A stretch of 64,000 bases of DNA from NCBI GenBank assembly GCA_017608045.1, contig JAFCGN010000002.1:116151-180150 (forward strand), written 5' to 3'. Made by a program: the position numbers and the translations under genes. This document shows, piece after piece, positions 36,876 to 45,851 of the stretch; the stretch's first letter is position 1, and each line of letters begins with the position of its first letter. Source of the DNA: Candidatus Parvarchaeota archaeon (lineage in GTDB: Archaea; Nanobdellota; Nanobdellia; JAFCGN01). The notes beneath the pieces were generated by a model. It worked only from the letters and a program-made list of their open reading frames with translations, ran no database searches and had not been told where the DNA came from.

Positions 36876-37979
36876 TTACAAAGACAAGAAATTCCTGATT
36901 ACTTGCATATAATATTGCATTACATTTTTGAATTGATTAAGACCCCATTTAATGCCTTTTTCTTCAATTAATTCATTTATTTCTTCATCACTTAATTCTT
37001 TGCTTAATGAATTTAAATTAACTTGGATGCTTGCAATTATTTCTTTATATTTCTTCTTATTAAGTTTTTTTTCTAATTCTTTTTTTTGAAATTGCAGTTG
37101 AGATTTTAATTCAGGACTCATTCTTATTTGTTGCATTAATTGATAAACCTTTTTAACCCAAGTATCAAGCTCATCTTTGAATTTTAAGTATTCATTAATA
37201 GATTCTTTTAATTGTTTAATCTGATTTTCCGTGCCTTTGCTTAAGTAAGGACTCTCTTTTAACATTTTTATTTTAATTTTCTTAGGTATTTTGGCATTTA
37301 TTTTGCCTTCTTTAATTAATTTTTTTTCTTCTTTCTCAATTTTTTTGCTTATCTCATCCTCTTCTATTTCTCTAATTTCTTCTTCTATTTCTCTAATTTC
37401 TTCTTCGAGCTTTTGTTTTTTGGCTTCTAACTCAGGACTTTTGCCTTGTTTTTTTTCAAGTTTTTCTATTGCTTTTATTGTTTTTTTTAATTCCTCTATT
37501 TTTTCTTCATCATGTTCTTTTATATCTTCCACATCTTTTGTTATTTCACGCATTTTTTTGTGCATTTTCTTTTCTAATTTATTGAAATCATCCATTTTTT
37601 TCTTAAGATCATACAACAAATCAATTACTCCATTCAACAAATTTATATATTTTTCAGCATATTCATAGAAGTTCTCTTTGTTTTTAGGATGTTCAAAAGA
37701 CTTAGAATTATTTATTATTTGAATAATAATTTCTTTTTTTTGATTACTCATTTCATAAATTTTTTTAGAAATCTCTAAAACTTCTTCAAGCAATTCTGAT
37801 TCTTTTTCATCAAGTTTATGTATTTTTTTTATACTTTTTTCAATATCTTTTTCTTCTTTTATTTCTTCTTCAATTTCTTCTTTTATTTCTTCTTCTTGTT
37901 TTTTTATTTTTTCCATTTCTTTAACGCTTTTTTCCAGAATTTTTTCTTGTTCTTTATTTATTTCTCCATTCTTTGCCAT
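36876..37979 (-). CDS. Lys/Glu-rich coiled-coil protein (367 aa) with internal EEEIREI repeats
   Basis: Heptad-like K/E pattern throughout. Perfect 21-nt tandem duplication in the DNA. 6-nt gap to the upstream coiled-coil gene. Confidence 0.4.
   Translation of the reverse strand: MAKNGEINKEQEKILEKSVKEMEKIKKQEEEIKEEIEEEIKEEKDIEKSIKKIHKLDEKESELLEEVLEISKKIYEMSNQKKEIIIQIINNSKSFEHPKNKENFYEYAEKYINLLNGVIDLLYDLKKKMDDFNKLEKKMHKKMREITKDVEDIKEHDEEKIEELKKTIKAIEKLEKKQGKSPELEAKKQKLEEEIREIEEEIREIEEDEISKKIEKEEKKLIKEGKINAKIPKKIKIKMLKESPYLSKGTENQIKQLKESINEYLKFKDELDTWVKKVYQLMQQIRMSPELKSQLQFQKKELEKKLNKKKYKEIIASIQVNLNSLSKELSDEEINELIEEKGIKWGLNQFKNVMQYYMQVIRNFLSL
37361..37402. repeat. Perfect 21-nt x2 tandem repeat (cttctatttctctaatttctt) inside the coiled-coil gene, encoding EEIREIE x2
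   Basis: Read directly: 37361..37381 is identical to 37382..37402. Confidence 0.8.
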
Positions 37980-37985
37980 TTTTCA

Positions 37986-38615
37986 TCACTTTTCTAAAAT
38001 CTCTTTTTGTTCCTTTATTTCATTTTCAATTTCTTCAGCACTTTTTTCAATTCCCTCTATCTCGGTTTCTTTTTCTTTAACCTCTACTTCAGTTTCTTCC
38101 TTTGATTTTTTAACCCCTTTTTTTGAAACACGCAATACTTGTTCTTTAGAAGTTATTAAATTCTTAAGATAAGTAGCTCTTTCATAAAGCTCTTTTGATT
38201 GTGATACTTGTTCATCCTGGTATTTTAGAATTCTCTCCCACACTTCTTTATATCCCGGACGCACTTCTCCTGTAGTATATTCTATTCTTTCTGAAGTAAT
38301 GCTTCCAATTAATTTTTCTATGGTAAAATCCAAATTTGCATAATAATGCAATTCTAATGCTTCTACATCTCTTAAAACATCTTCTGTCTCTGCAACATCT
38401 CCTTTTTTGATTTTAATTATTGAAGTACTAATGTTTTTTAATCTCTTATTAGCTTTCTTTAAAAAAATTTCAAATTTTCTGTTTTCTTCACCTTTACCTA
38501 TCTCTTTTGCCTTTAATCTTCTTCTTGGTAAAGGAGGCGCTATTTTTAAAAGAAATCTTATGGGAAAAGTAATCATGTTTATAATGCTTGAAAAAATACC
38601 TGCTTTTTTATTCAT
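37986..38615 (-). CDS. Coiled-coil protein with a PspA/IM30/ESCRT-III-like N-terminus (putative)
   Basis: 209 aa. N-terminal amphipathic AGIFSSIINMI resembles the PspA MGIFSR start. Basic N-terminal half, acidic C-terminal half (EETEVEVKEKETEIEGIEKSAEEIENE). Confidence 0.3.
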   Translation of the reverse strand: MNKKAGIFSSIINMITFPIRFLLKIAPPLPRRRLKAKEIGKGEENRKFEIFLKKANKRLKNISTSIIKIKKGDVAETEDVLRDVEALELHYYANLDFTIEKLIGSITSERIEYTTGEVRPGYKEVWERILKYQDEQVSQSKELYERATYLKNLITSKEQVLRVSKKGVKKSKEETEVEVKEKETEIEGIEKSAEEIENEIKEQKEILEK

Positions 38616-38789
38616 TACTTAACTTTATTCACTTTCCTACTTTTAAGATTTTTTACTAAAAATTGCGTTAATTTTATAAATAGTGTTTAATTTTATTCTT
38701 TTATGAAATTATGCGGCGATTACCCCATTAGTTATTAAAGTTCTTAAAAATATTTATAATATCATTAATTTTAATTATGCTATTGTTAA

Positions 38790-41700
38790 ATGGTGTTTTT
38801 GGAAATGAATGAAGAATATGATTTCAAAAAAGTAGAAAAAGAAATAAGAAAGTATTGGGAGGATAATAAAATACTTGAGAAATTTAGGAGAAGAGGAAAA
38901 CAAAAGTTTTACTATCTTGATGGTCCTCCTTATACAAGCGGGTTCATTCATATTGGCACTGCTTTTGGACGTTCTTTAAGAGATGCTTATTTGAGATTTA
39001 AGAGAATGCGAGGGTATAAGGTGTGGGATAGAAGCGGATTTGACATGCATGGAATGCCTACAGCAAAGAAAGTAATGAGCAAATTAGGATTAAAAACGAA
39101 AGAAGATATCTTAAAGTATGGTTTAAAGAAATTTATCAAAGAGTGTGAAGAATATAGTGTGGAAATGATGCATAATATGATAAGGGAGTTTAAGGAAATG
39201 GGTGTTGTGATGGATTGGGAAGACCCGTACATGCCTATTAAAGACGAGTTCATGGAAGGAGTGTGGTGGGCTATAAAGAAGGCATGGGAGAATAAGAACT
39301 TGTATGAAGGACAGAAAGTAATGACTTGGTGTCCAGTATGCGGTACAGCACTTGCAAAGCATGAGTTAGAATATCAGGAAGTGAGGGAGGATAGCATATA
39401 TGTGAGGTTTCCGATAGTTGGTGAAAAAAACACGTATTTGTTAATATGGACGACAACGCCTTGGACCCTGCCCTTTAATTTAGGCGTGATGGTGAATCCT
39501 GATTTAGATTATGTTAAATTAACAGATTCTGAAGAAACAATAATTGTTGCAAAAGATTTAGTTGATGATATAAAAAATCTTAAAGGAAAAAATTACGAGA
39601 TTAGCAAGTCATTTAAAGGAAAAACGCTTGAAGGAATGAAATACATTCCTCCTTTTCCAGAAGTTCTTCCTCAAAATGCTGAAAAAATTCTTGGTAAGAA
39701 GATACACACTGTTTTATTAAGCAAAGAATACGTTAATACTGAAGAAGGCACTGGTCTTGTTCATTGCGCTCCTGGTTGCGGTCCTGAAGACCATGAAGTT
39801 GGGAAAAAATATGGGATTAAGCCATTCAATGAACTTGATGAGAATGGTAAGTTTAAAAAATCTATGGGAGTGTTTTTTGGGTGGGAGGCAAAAAAAGACG
39901 ATTGCAAGTTTGTTGAAGTTGTTGATAGTAAAGGACTTTTATATGCTATCAAAAAATATTCTCATGATTACGCTCATTGTTGGAGGTGCCATAACCCAGT
40001 TGTTTTTAGAACAACAAAGCAATGGTTCTTCAAACTTGAAAACAAGAAGAGTGAGATGAGAAAGGCTAATAAAAAAATAAAGTGGATGCCTGAATGGGCT
40101 GGCAAGAATCAATTTGATTCATGGCTCTCAAATCTGAAAGATACTTGCGTTACAAGACAACGTTTTTGGGGAACACCATTTCCTTTATGGAAGTGCGATA
40201 AATGCGGGAAAATAGTGGTTATTGGAAGTAAAAAAGAACTTGGGAAGTATTGCAAACTTCCAAAAACACTGCATTTACCGTGGATTGATGAATGCACATG
40301 GAAATGTGAGTGCGGAGGCACATTCAAACGAAACCCTGATGTAATGGATGTATGGATTGATGCAGGGTGCGTGGCGTGGAATTGCCTTAATTATCCTAAA
40401 GAAAAAAACAAATTTGAAAAATTTTACCCTCCAGATTTTATTCTTGAAGCAAAAGACCAAATAAGGGGGTGGTTTAGTCTATTAATGTTTATGAATTGGG
40501 TAACAGGTTTAAGCAAGAAATACGAACTCCCATACAAAAGCGTGTACATGACAGGATGGGTTCATGACAAGCTTGGAAGAAAAATGAGTAAATCTCTTGG
40601 CAATCAAGTTCGTCCAAAAGAAATAATTGAAGAAATAGGTAATGATGGAATGAGGTATTATTTCAATAGTGTTTGTCTTCCAGGAATAGATGTGAATTAT
40701 AGTATGGAAGATACTAAAGCAGGTTTTAGAAACCTTCTTGTTCTCTGGAATACTCATAATTATTTGTTAAGATATTGCAAGCTTTATAAAATAAATCCAA
40801 GTAAATTAGGATTAAAGAAGCTTGAATTAGATACAGAGGAAAAGTTCATTCTCTCAAAATTAAATAGTGCAATAAAAAAAATTACAGAAGCATATGAGGA
40901 TTTAAGAATTCACGATGCGCCAAAGTTCATTGAAGATTTGTACTTAAATTTAAGCAGGTATTATATAAAGACAATCAGAACAAAATTGACAGAAGGCACT
41001 AAGAAGCAAAAAGAAACTGTTTTATACGTGATCTTTAAGGTTCTTTTAGAAACAATAAAAATGCTTAGCACAATAACGCCTTTTATAACAGAAAAAATAT
41101 TTTTGAATTTTAAAAAACAATTTGGTTTAAGAGAAGAAAGTGTTCAATTATTTGCTTGGCCAACATATGATGAAGAATTAATTAATCCTAAATTAGAAGA
41201 AGAAGTAGTAATAAGCAATGAAGTTGTGAGCGCGCTTCTTAATTGCAGGGATAAGGCAGGAAAAGGTATAAGGTGGCCATTGAAGAAAGCAATGATTTTA
41301 ACAGATAATGAAAACAAAGAATTAATTAAAATGTATGAAAAAAATATTAAAGAATTAGTTAATATAAAAGAAATTGAATTTATTGAATCATATCCAGAAG
41401 GCGTTTCAGTGAGTGTTAAAGTAAATTATGCTAATCTTTCAAGATTTAAGCAGGACATAGCTGAAATCGTAAGAAGACTTATAACAATGGATGGAAAGAA
41501 AATACAAAAAGAAATTTTGGAAAAAGGCAAATTTGAACTTTCTCTTGAAAAGAAGAAAGTAAGCTTAGTGCCAGATGATTTGAAATTTGAGATAAAAGTG
41601 GAGAAAGAAATAGCATATTCTAATTTCAGCAAAGGATTTGTGTTTTTGGATACGCATATGACACAAGAATTAATAAATGAAGGTTTTGCTAGAGAAGTAA

Positions 41701-41933
41701 TTAGAAGAATACAGGATTTAAGAAAAGAAAATAATTTAACAAGAGATAAAAAAGGGGTTGTTGAGTTAGGGCTTACGAACTCTATGAGAACAATGCTTGA
41801 AAACTTTTTCAAAACAATAGAAGAAAAAACAAACACTTTGTTAAGAATTGTTGATTTTGAAGATAGCAAAGGGTATGAACATAAAATAAGAGATGAAAAA
41901 ATAAAAGTGCGGCTCCTGAAAATTATAGAATAA
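38790..41933 (+). CDS. ileS: Isoleucyl-tRNA synthetase
   Basis: HIGH-region variant GFIHIGTAFG. KMSKSLGN. IleS-specific WTTTPWTLPFN. Zn motifs (WCPVCGTA; CDKCGK; CECGG). 1047 aa. Confidence 0.88.
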   Translation: MVFLEMNEEYDFKKVEKEIRKYWEDNKILEKFRRRGKQKFYYLDGPPYTSGFIHIGTAFGRSLRDAYLRFKRMRGYKVWDRSGFDMHGMPTAKKVMSKLGLKTKEDILKYGLKKFIKECEEYSVEMMHNMIREFKEMGVVMDWEDPYMPIKDEFMEGVWWAIKKAWENKNLYEGQKVMTWCPVCGTALAKHELEYQEVREDSIYVRFPIVGEKNTYLLIWTTTPWTLPFNLGVMVNPDLDYVKLTDSEETIIVAKDLVDDIKNLKGKNYEISKSFKGKTLEGMKYIPPFPEVLPQNAEKILGKKIHTVLLSKEYVNTEEGTGLVHCAPGCGPEDHEVGKKYGIKPFNELDENGKFKKSMGVFFGWEAKKDDCKFVEVVDSKGLLYAIKKYSHDYAHCWRCHNPVVFRTTKQWFFKLENKKSEMRKANKKIKWMPEWAGKNQFDSWLSNLKDTCVTRQRFWGTPFPLWKCDKCGKIVVIGSKKELGKYCKLPKTLHLPWIDECTWKCECGGTFKRNPDVMDVWIDAGCVAWNCLNYPKEKNKFEKFYPPDFILEAKDQIRGWFSLLMFMNWVTGLSKKYELPYKSVYMTGWVHDKLGRKMSKSLGNQVRPKEIIEEIGNDGMRYYFNSVCLPGIDVNYSMEDTKAGFRNLLVLWNTHNYLLRYCKLYKINPSKLGLKKLELDTEEKFILSKLNSAIKKITEAYEDLRIHDAPKFIEDLYLNLSRYYIKTIRTKLTEGTKKQKETVLYVIFKVLLETIKMLSTITPFITEKIFLNFKKQFGLREESVQLFAWPTYDEELINPKLEEEVVISNEVVSALLNCRDKAGKGIRWPLKKAMILTDNENKELIKMYEKNIKELVNIKEIEFIESYPEGVSVSVKVNYANLSRFKQDIAEIVRRLITMDGKKIQKEILEKGKFELSLEKKKVSLVPDDLKFEIKVEKEIAYSNFSKGFVFLDTHMTQELINEGFAREVIRRIQDLRKENNLTRDKKGVVELGLTNSMRTMLENFFKTIEEKTNTLLRIVDFEDSKGYEHKIRDEKIKVRLLKIIE

Positions 41934-42089
41934 TGTTTGTTAAATAAAATTTTATTAAAAAAAGTAGTTCATTCTTTTAGTTTAAAAAAATTTATGCTTT
42001 TTGGATATCTTTATAAATGAAAAAGCATTTTCAATAAAAAAGACATTTATTTAAATAATGTTTTTAAATAAATTAAAAAGTGATGAAAA

Positions 42090-42641
42090 ATGGCTTTTAC
42101 GAAAGAATATAAAATAGAAAATGTTGTTGCAAGTGCTGTACTTTATGTTGACATTCCTTTGGAAAAACTTGCAATGACTCTCTATAATACAGAGTACAAT
42201 CCGGAACAATTCCCAGGACTTGTTTTAAGGCTTTCAAGAAAAAGGATAACTGCTTTAATTTTTAGCAGTGGAAAAATTGTGTGCACAGGAGCAAAAAGCG
42301 TAGCAGATGTGAGGGAGGGCGTGCAATTAATTATTGAAGAATTAGCTAAAGCAAATATAAAAGTGACAAAAAAACCAAGCATTTCAATACAGAATATGGT
42401 GGCAAGCGGTAATCTCGGGGAAGAACTTAATCTCGTGGATTTAGCATTTAAACTCAAAACAGCAGAGTATGATCCTGAAAGATTCCCAGGCTTAGTTTAT
42501 AAAGTGCCTGACAGTCATATAACTTTCTTGCTTTTTGGAACAGGAAAAATTGTGTGCACAGGAGCAAAAAACAATAAAGAAATTAGTGATGCAGTAGATG
42601 ATTTAATAAAGGAATTAAAAAAAGTTACTAAAAAGAAATAA
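42090..42641 (+). CDS. tbp: TATA-box binding protein
   Basis: Two TBP repeats (IENVVASAVL…EQFPGLVLRL; IQNMVASGNLG…ERFPGLVYKV). 183 aa. Confidence 0.9.
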   Translation: MAFTKEYKIENVVASAVLYVDIPLEKLAMTLYNTEYNPEQFPGLVLRLSRKRITALIFSSGKIVCTGAKSVADVREGVQLIIEELAKANIKVTKKPSISIQNMVASGNLGEELNLVDLAFKLKTAEYDPERFPGLVYKVPDSHITFLLFGTGKIVCTGAKNNKEISDAVDDLIKELKKVTKKK

Positions 42642-42763
42642 ATGAGATTTCTAAAACAATTCTTTCTTTTAATTTTAAAAAATATTTAAATAATGAATTT
42701 AGAAGGATTCATAATTTTTTTTAATAGCAAACTTTAAAAAATTGCTTTTTTATAAAAAACTTC

Positions 42764-42943
42764 ATGTCCAAACCTGTTATTAATAAGGAAAAATGCACTA
42801 ACTGCGGTATGTGCATTCTTGTTTGTCCTCAAAACGTTTTTGGCAAAGAAAATGGGAGTGTTGTTGTAAAAAAACCTGATGAATGCATTGGTTGCGGGGC
42901 TTGTGAAATGCAATGCCCTGAGCAAGCGATAAAACTTGAATAA
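42764..42943 (+). CDS. Small 2x[4Fe-4S] ferredoxin (59 aa), below the ORF-track size cutoff
   Basis: Hand-translated: MSKPVINKEKCTNCGMCILVCPQNVFGKENGSVVVKKPDECIGCGACEMQCPEQAIKLE. Two CxxCxxCxxxCP motifs. Confidence 0.65.
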   Translation: MSKPVINKEKCTNCGMCILVCPQNVFGKENGSVVVKKPDECIGCGACEMQCPEQAIKLE

Positions 42944-43043
42944 AAGTTTATTATTAATAATTAATTGAAACCCTGCACTATTATTATAGCACAAGACTGT
43001 GTTAGTAGTTAATTAATGAAACAAATAATAAAAAACCTAATAT

Positions 43044-45845
43044 ATGAGGAAGTGTTTTTTAAAACATATGTCAAAATACATTAAGTGGTTGAAGGAATTA
43101 AATAAAAATTCAATACCTCAAGCAGGAGGGAAAGGCGCGAATCTTGGGGAAATGTATAATAATGGATTTCCAGTGCCAAATGCATTTGTAGTTGTTGCTG
43201 ACGCTTATTGGGATTTCATTATTAAGACAAGGGCAAAAGAGGAAATTGAAGAACTTCTTTCTGAACTTGATGTGAATAACACAGAACAATTATCAGACAT
43301 CTGCAATCAAATACAAAAAATAATTATTAATAGTAAAATGCCTGATGAAATTGCTCAAGAGATTAAAAACGCGTATTTAGAATTAGCAGCAGGCGGACCT
43401 GAACAAGCAAAAATTATTGCTAATAAAAATATTGGCGGTCTTCTTAATATGTCAAAAGAATTGCCCTTTGTTGCAATTCGTTCTTCAGCAACAGCAGAAG
43501 ATTTGCCAAGTGCAAGTTTTGCAGGACAACAAGCAACTTTTTTGAACATTAAAGGAACAAGCAATGTTGTGGATGCTGTGAAGAAGTGTTGGGCGTCCTT
43601 ATTTACTGCAAGAAGCACATTTTACAGGGAAAAAAATCACTTTAATCATATGAAAGTTAAAATTGCAGTTATTGTTGAAAAAATGGTTGATTCTGTTAAG
43701 TCAGGAGTTGCATTTAGTCATGACCCAAATACTGGTGAAAAAACAATAATTATTGAAAGCGTGTGGGGTCTTGGTGAGATGATTGTAAGTGGGAAAGTTA
43801 ATCCAGATCATTATGTTATTGATTATGATACTCTGAATATAAAGAGCAAGAAAATTATGAAGCAGAAAGTAATGATGATTAAAGATCCTATGACAGGTCA
43901 ATCTCTTATTACAGAAGTTCCTTTAAAAAAACAAGAATCTCAAGTTCTTACTGATAATGAAATAATTGATTTAGCGAAACTTGTTAGAAAAGTATCAGAG
44001 CATTATCATTCTCCGCAGGATATAGAGTGGGCAATTGAAGATGGAAGAATTTTTATTGTTCAATCAAGACCAATAACAACGATAAGAAAAAAAGAAGAAA
44101 ACAACAAAATTTCAGAAAGCAGCACAACTGAAACACCTGTTTTAGAAGGATTAGCAGCCAGCCCTGGTGTTGTAAGCGGGGTTGTAAGAATTATTACTGA
44201 TTTAGATGAGGCATCAAGAAGCTTCAAACAAGGAGAAATACTTGTTACAAAAATGACTGACCCAGATTTTGTTCCATTAATGGAGAAAGCAAAAGCTATT
44301 ATAACTGATGAAGGGGGTTCTACAAGTCATGCTGCAATTGTGAGCAGGGAGATGGGCGTGCCTTGCATTGTTGGCACTTCAAAAGCAACAATGGTTTTAA
44401 AGACAGGCGATTATGTGAGAGTTGATGCAAATAATGGAAAAGTTTATAGGGTTTCTGAAACAATTGCTGATGAAAAAAAAGTGGAGGAACCCCTTCAAGA
44501 AGTAAAGGAATTAGAAGAGCCTGAAACTCGTGAAGAAGTTAGAGAATCTTTTGAGAATTACAAAAAAGTAATAACTGCGACAAAAATATATATGAATCTT
44601 GGATTGCCAGATATGGCTGAAAAATATAAGAATTTACCTATTGATGGCATAGGATTAATGAGGGAAGAATTCATTATAACAAGTGAATTGAAAGAGCATC
44701 CTTTGGAATTAGTGGAAAAAGGAGAGACAAATAAATTTGTTCAAGCACTTGTTCAAGGAATAACAAAAGTGTGCAAGACATTTTATCCAAGACCTGTTAT
44801 TTTAAGATTCAGTGATTTTAAGACAAATGAGTATAGGGATATGGTGGGTGGGGAAAAATATGAGCCAAAAGAACATAATCCAATGCTTGGTTGGAGAGGT
44901 TGTTCAAGGTATATTTCCCCGGAATTTAGAAAAGTTTTTGAACTTGAATTAGAAGCAGTGAAAATTGTAAGACAATCATTTAAGAACTTGCATGTGATGT
45001 TCCCGTTTGTAAGAACAGTTGAAGAGCTTCAAAAAGTTATTGAAATAACTGAATCAAAGGGTTTGAAAAGAAGCGAGGATTTTAAAATATATGTTATGGC
45101 AGAGGTGCCGAGTGTTATTTTGCTTGCTGAAGAATTTAGCAAGTATTGCGATGGTTTTAGTATAGGGAGCAATGATTTAACGCAGTTAGTTTTGGGTGTT
45201 GATAGGGATTCAACTATTCTTGCTAAAACAGGCATGTATAATGAGCTTAATCCTGCTGTAATTAAAGCAATAAAACAATTAATAAAGTCAGCACACTCCA
45301 AAGGTAAAACAGTAAGCATTTGTGGTCAAGCACCAAGCGTGTATCCTGAATTCGTAGAAATGCTTGTAAGAGAAGGTATTGATAGCATAAGTGTGAATCC
45401 TGATGTTGTTTTAAAAGTAATGAGGAGTGTTGCGAGCATAGAGAGGAAAATTCTTCTTGAAAAAAACATACAAGACATACCTGGTGATGAAATTAAAGAT
45501 TATGAAGAAGTTGAGATAGAAACCTCGCCTGTTTCAGAAGACTTGTCTGAAAAGCAAGAAACCAAAACGGATGTCATTGATGAAGAAAATTATTTTGATT
45601 TAGAAAATGATTCAGAAAAAAATATGAATGAAGATTATGTTGATTTAACAGAAAATACTGGAATTTATATTGATGAAACAGAGAATATTGAAACAGAAAA
45701 TAATTCAGAAATAACTTCAGAAGACTTGTCAGAAGATATTGGAAGTAATGATACTAAAATTGAGACAGAAAATGGAAATGAAGGAGAGGAAAAAGAGAGC
45801 ATTGATGAAGATATAGAGAATTATTTTGATTTTGAGAAATTATAA
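43044..45845 (+). CDS. ppsA: Phosphoenolpyruvate synthase (PEP-utilizing enzyme) with ~130-aa acidic low-complexity C-terminal tail
   Basis: GGKGANLGEM. FVAIRSSATAEDLPSASFAGQQATFLNIKG. Phospho-His domain GGSTSHAAIVSREMGVPCIVG. ILRFSDFKTNEYRDMVGGEKYEPKEHNPMLGWRGCSRYIS. Confidence 0.85.
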   Translation: MRKCFLKHMSKYIKWLKELNKNSIPQAGGKGANLGEMYNNGFPVPNAFVVVADAYWDFIIKTRAKEEIEELLSELDVNNTEQLSDICNQIQKIIINSKMPDEIAQEIKNAYLELAAGGPEQAKIIANKNIGGLLNMSKELPFVAIRSSATAEDLPSASFAGQQATFLNIKGTSNVVDAVKKCWASLFTARSTFYREKNHFNHMKVKIAVIVEKMVDSVKSGVAFSHDPNTGEKTIIIESVWGLGEMIVSGKVNPDHYVIDYDTLNIKSKKIMKQKVMMIKDPMTGQSLITEVPLKKQESQVLTDNEIIDLAKLVRKVSEHYHSPQDIEWAIEDGRIFIVQSRPITTIRKKEENNKISESSTTETPVLEGLAASPGVVSGVVRIITDLDEASRSFKQGEILVTKMTDPDFVPLMEKAKAIITDEGGSTSHAAIVSREMGVPCIVGTSKATMVLKTGDYVRVDANNGKVYRVSETIADEKKVEEPLQEVKELEEPETREEVRESFENYKKVITATKIYMNLGLPDMAEKYKNLPIDGIGLMREEFIITSELKEHPLELVEKGETNKFVQALVQGITKVCKTFYPRPVILRFSDFKTNEYRDMVGGEKYEPKEHNPMLGWRGCSRYISPEFRKVFELELEAVKIVRQSFKNLHVMFPFVRTVEELQKVIEITESKGLKRSEDFKIYVMAEVPSVILLAEEFSKYCDGFSIGSNDLTQLVLGVDRDSTILAKTGMYNELNPAVIKAIKQLIKSAHSKGKTVSICGQAPSVYPEFVEMLVREGIDSISVNPDVVLKVMRSVASIERKILLEKNIQDIPGDEIKDYEEVEIETSPVSEDLSEKQETKTDVIDEENYFDLENDSEKNMNEDYVDLTENTGIYIDETENIETENNSEITSEDLSEDIGSNDTKIETENGNEGEEKESIDEDIENYFDFEKL

Positions 45846-45851
45846 TTTATT

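Noticed and set aside
38616-38789. GC-richer patch (gcggcgattacccc) in the divergent intergenic region before ileS as a possible tRNA or ncRNA
   Set aside because: Too short, with no cloverleaf-compatible stems. Most likely just promoter or 5'UTR sequence.
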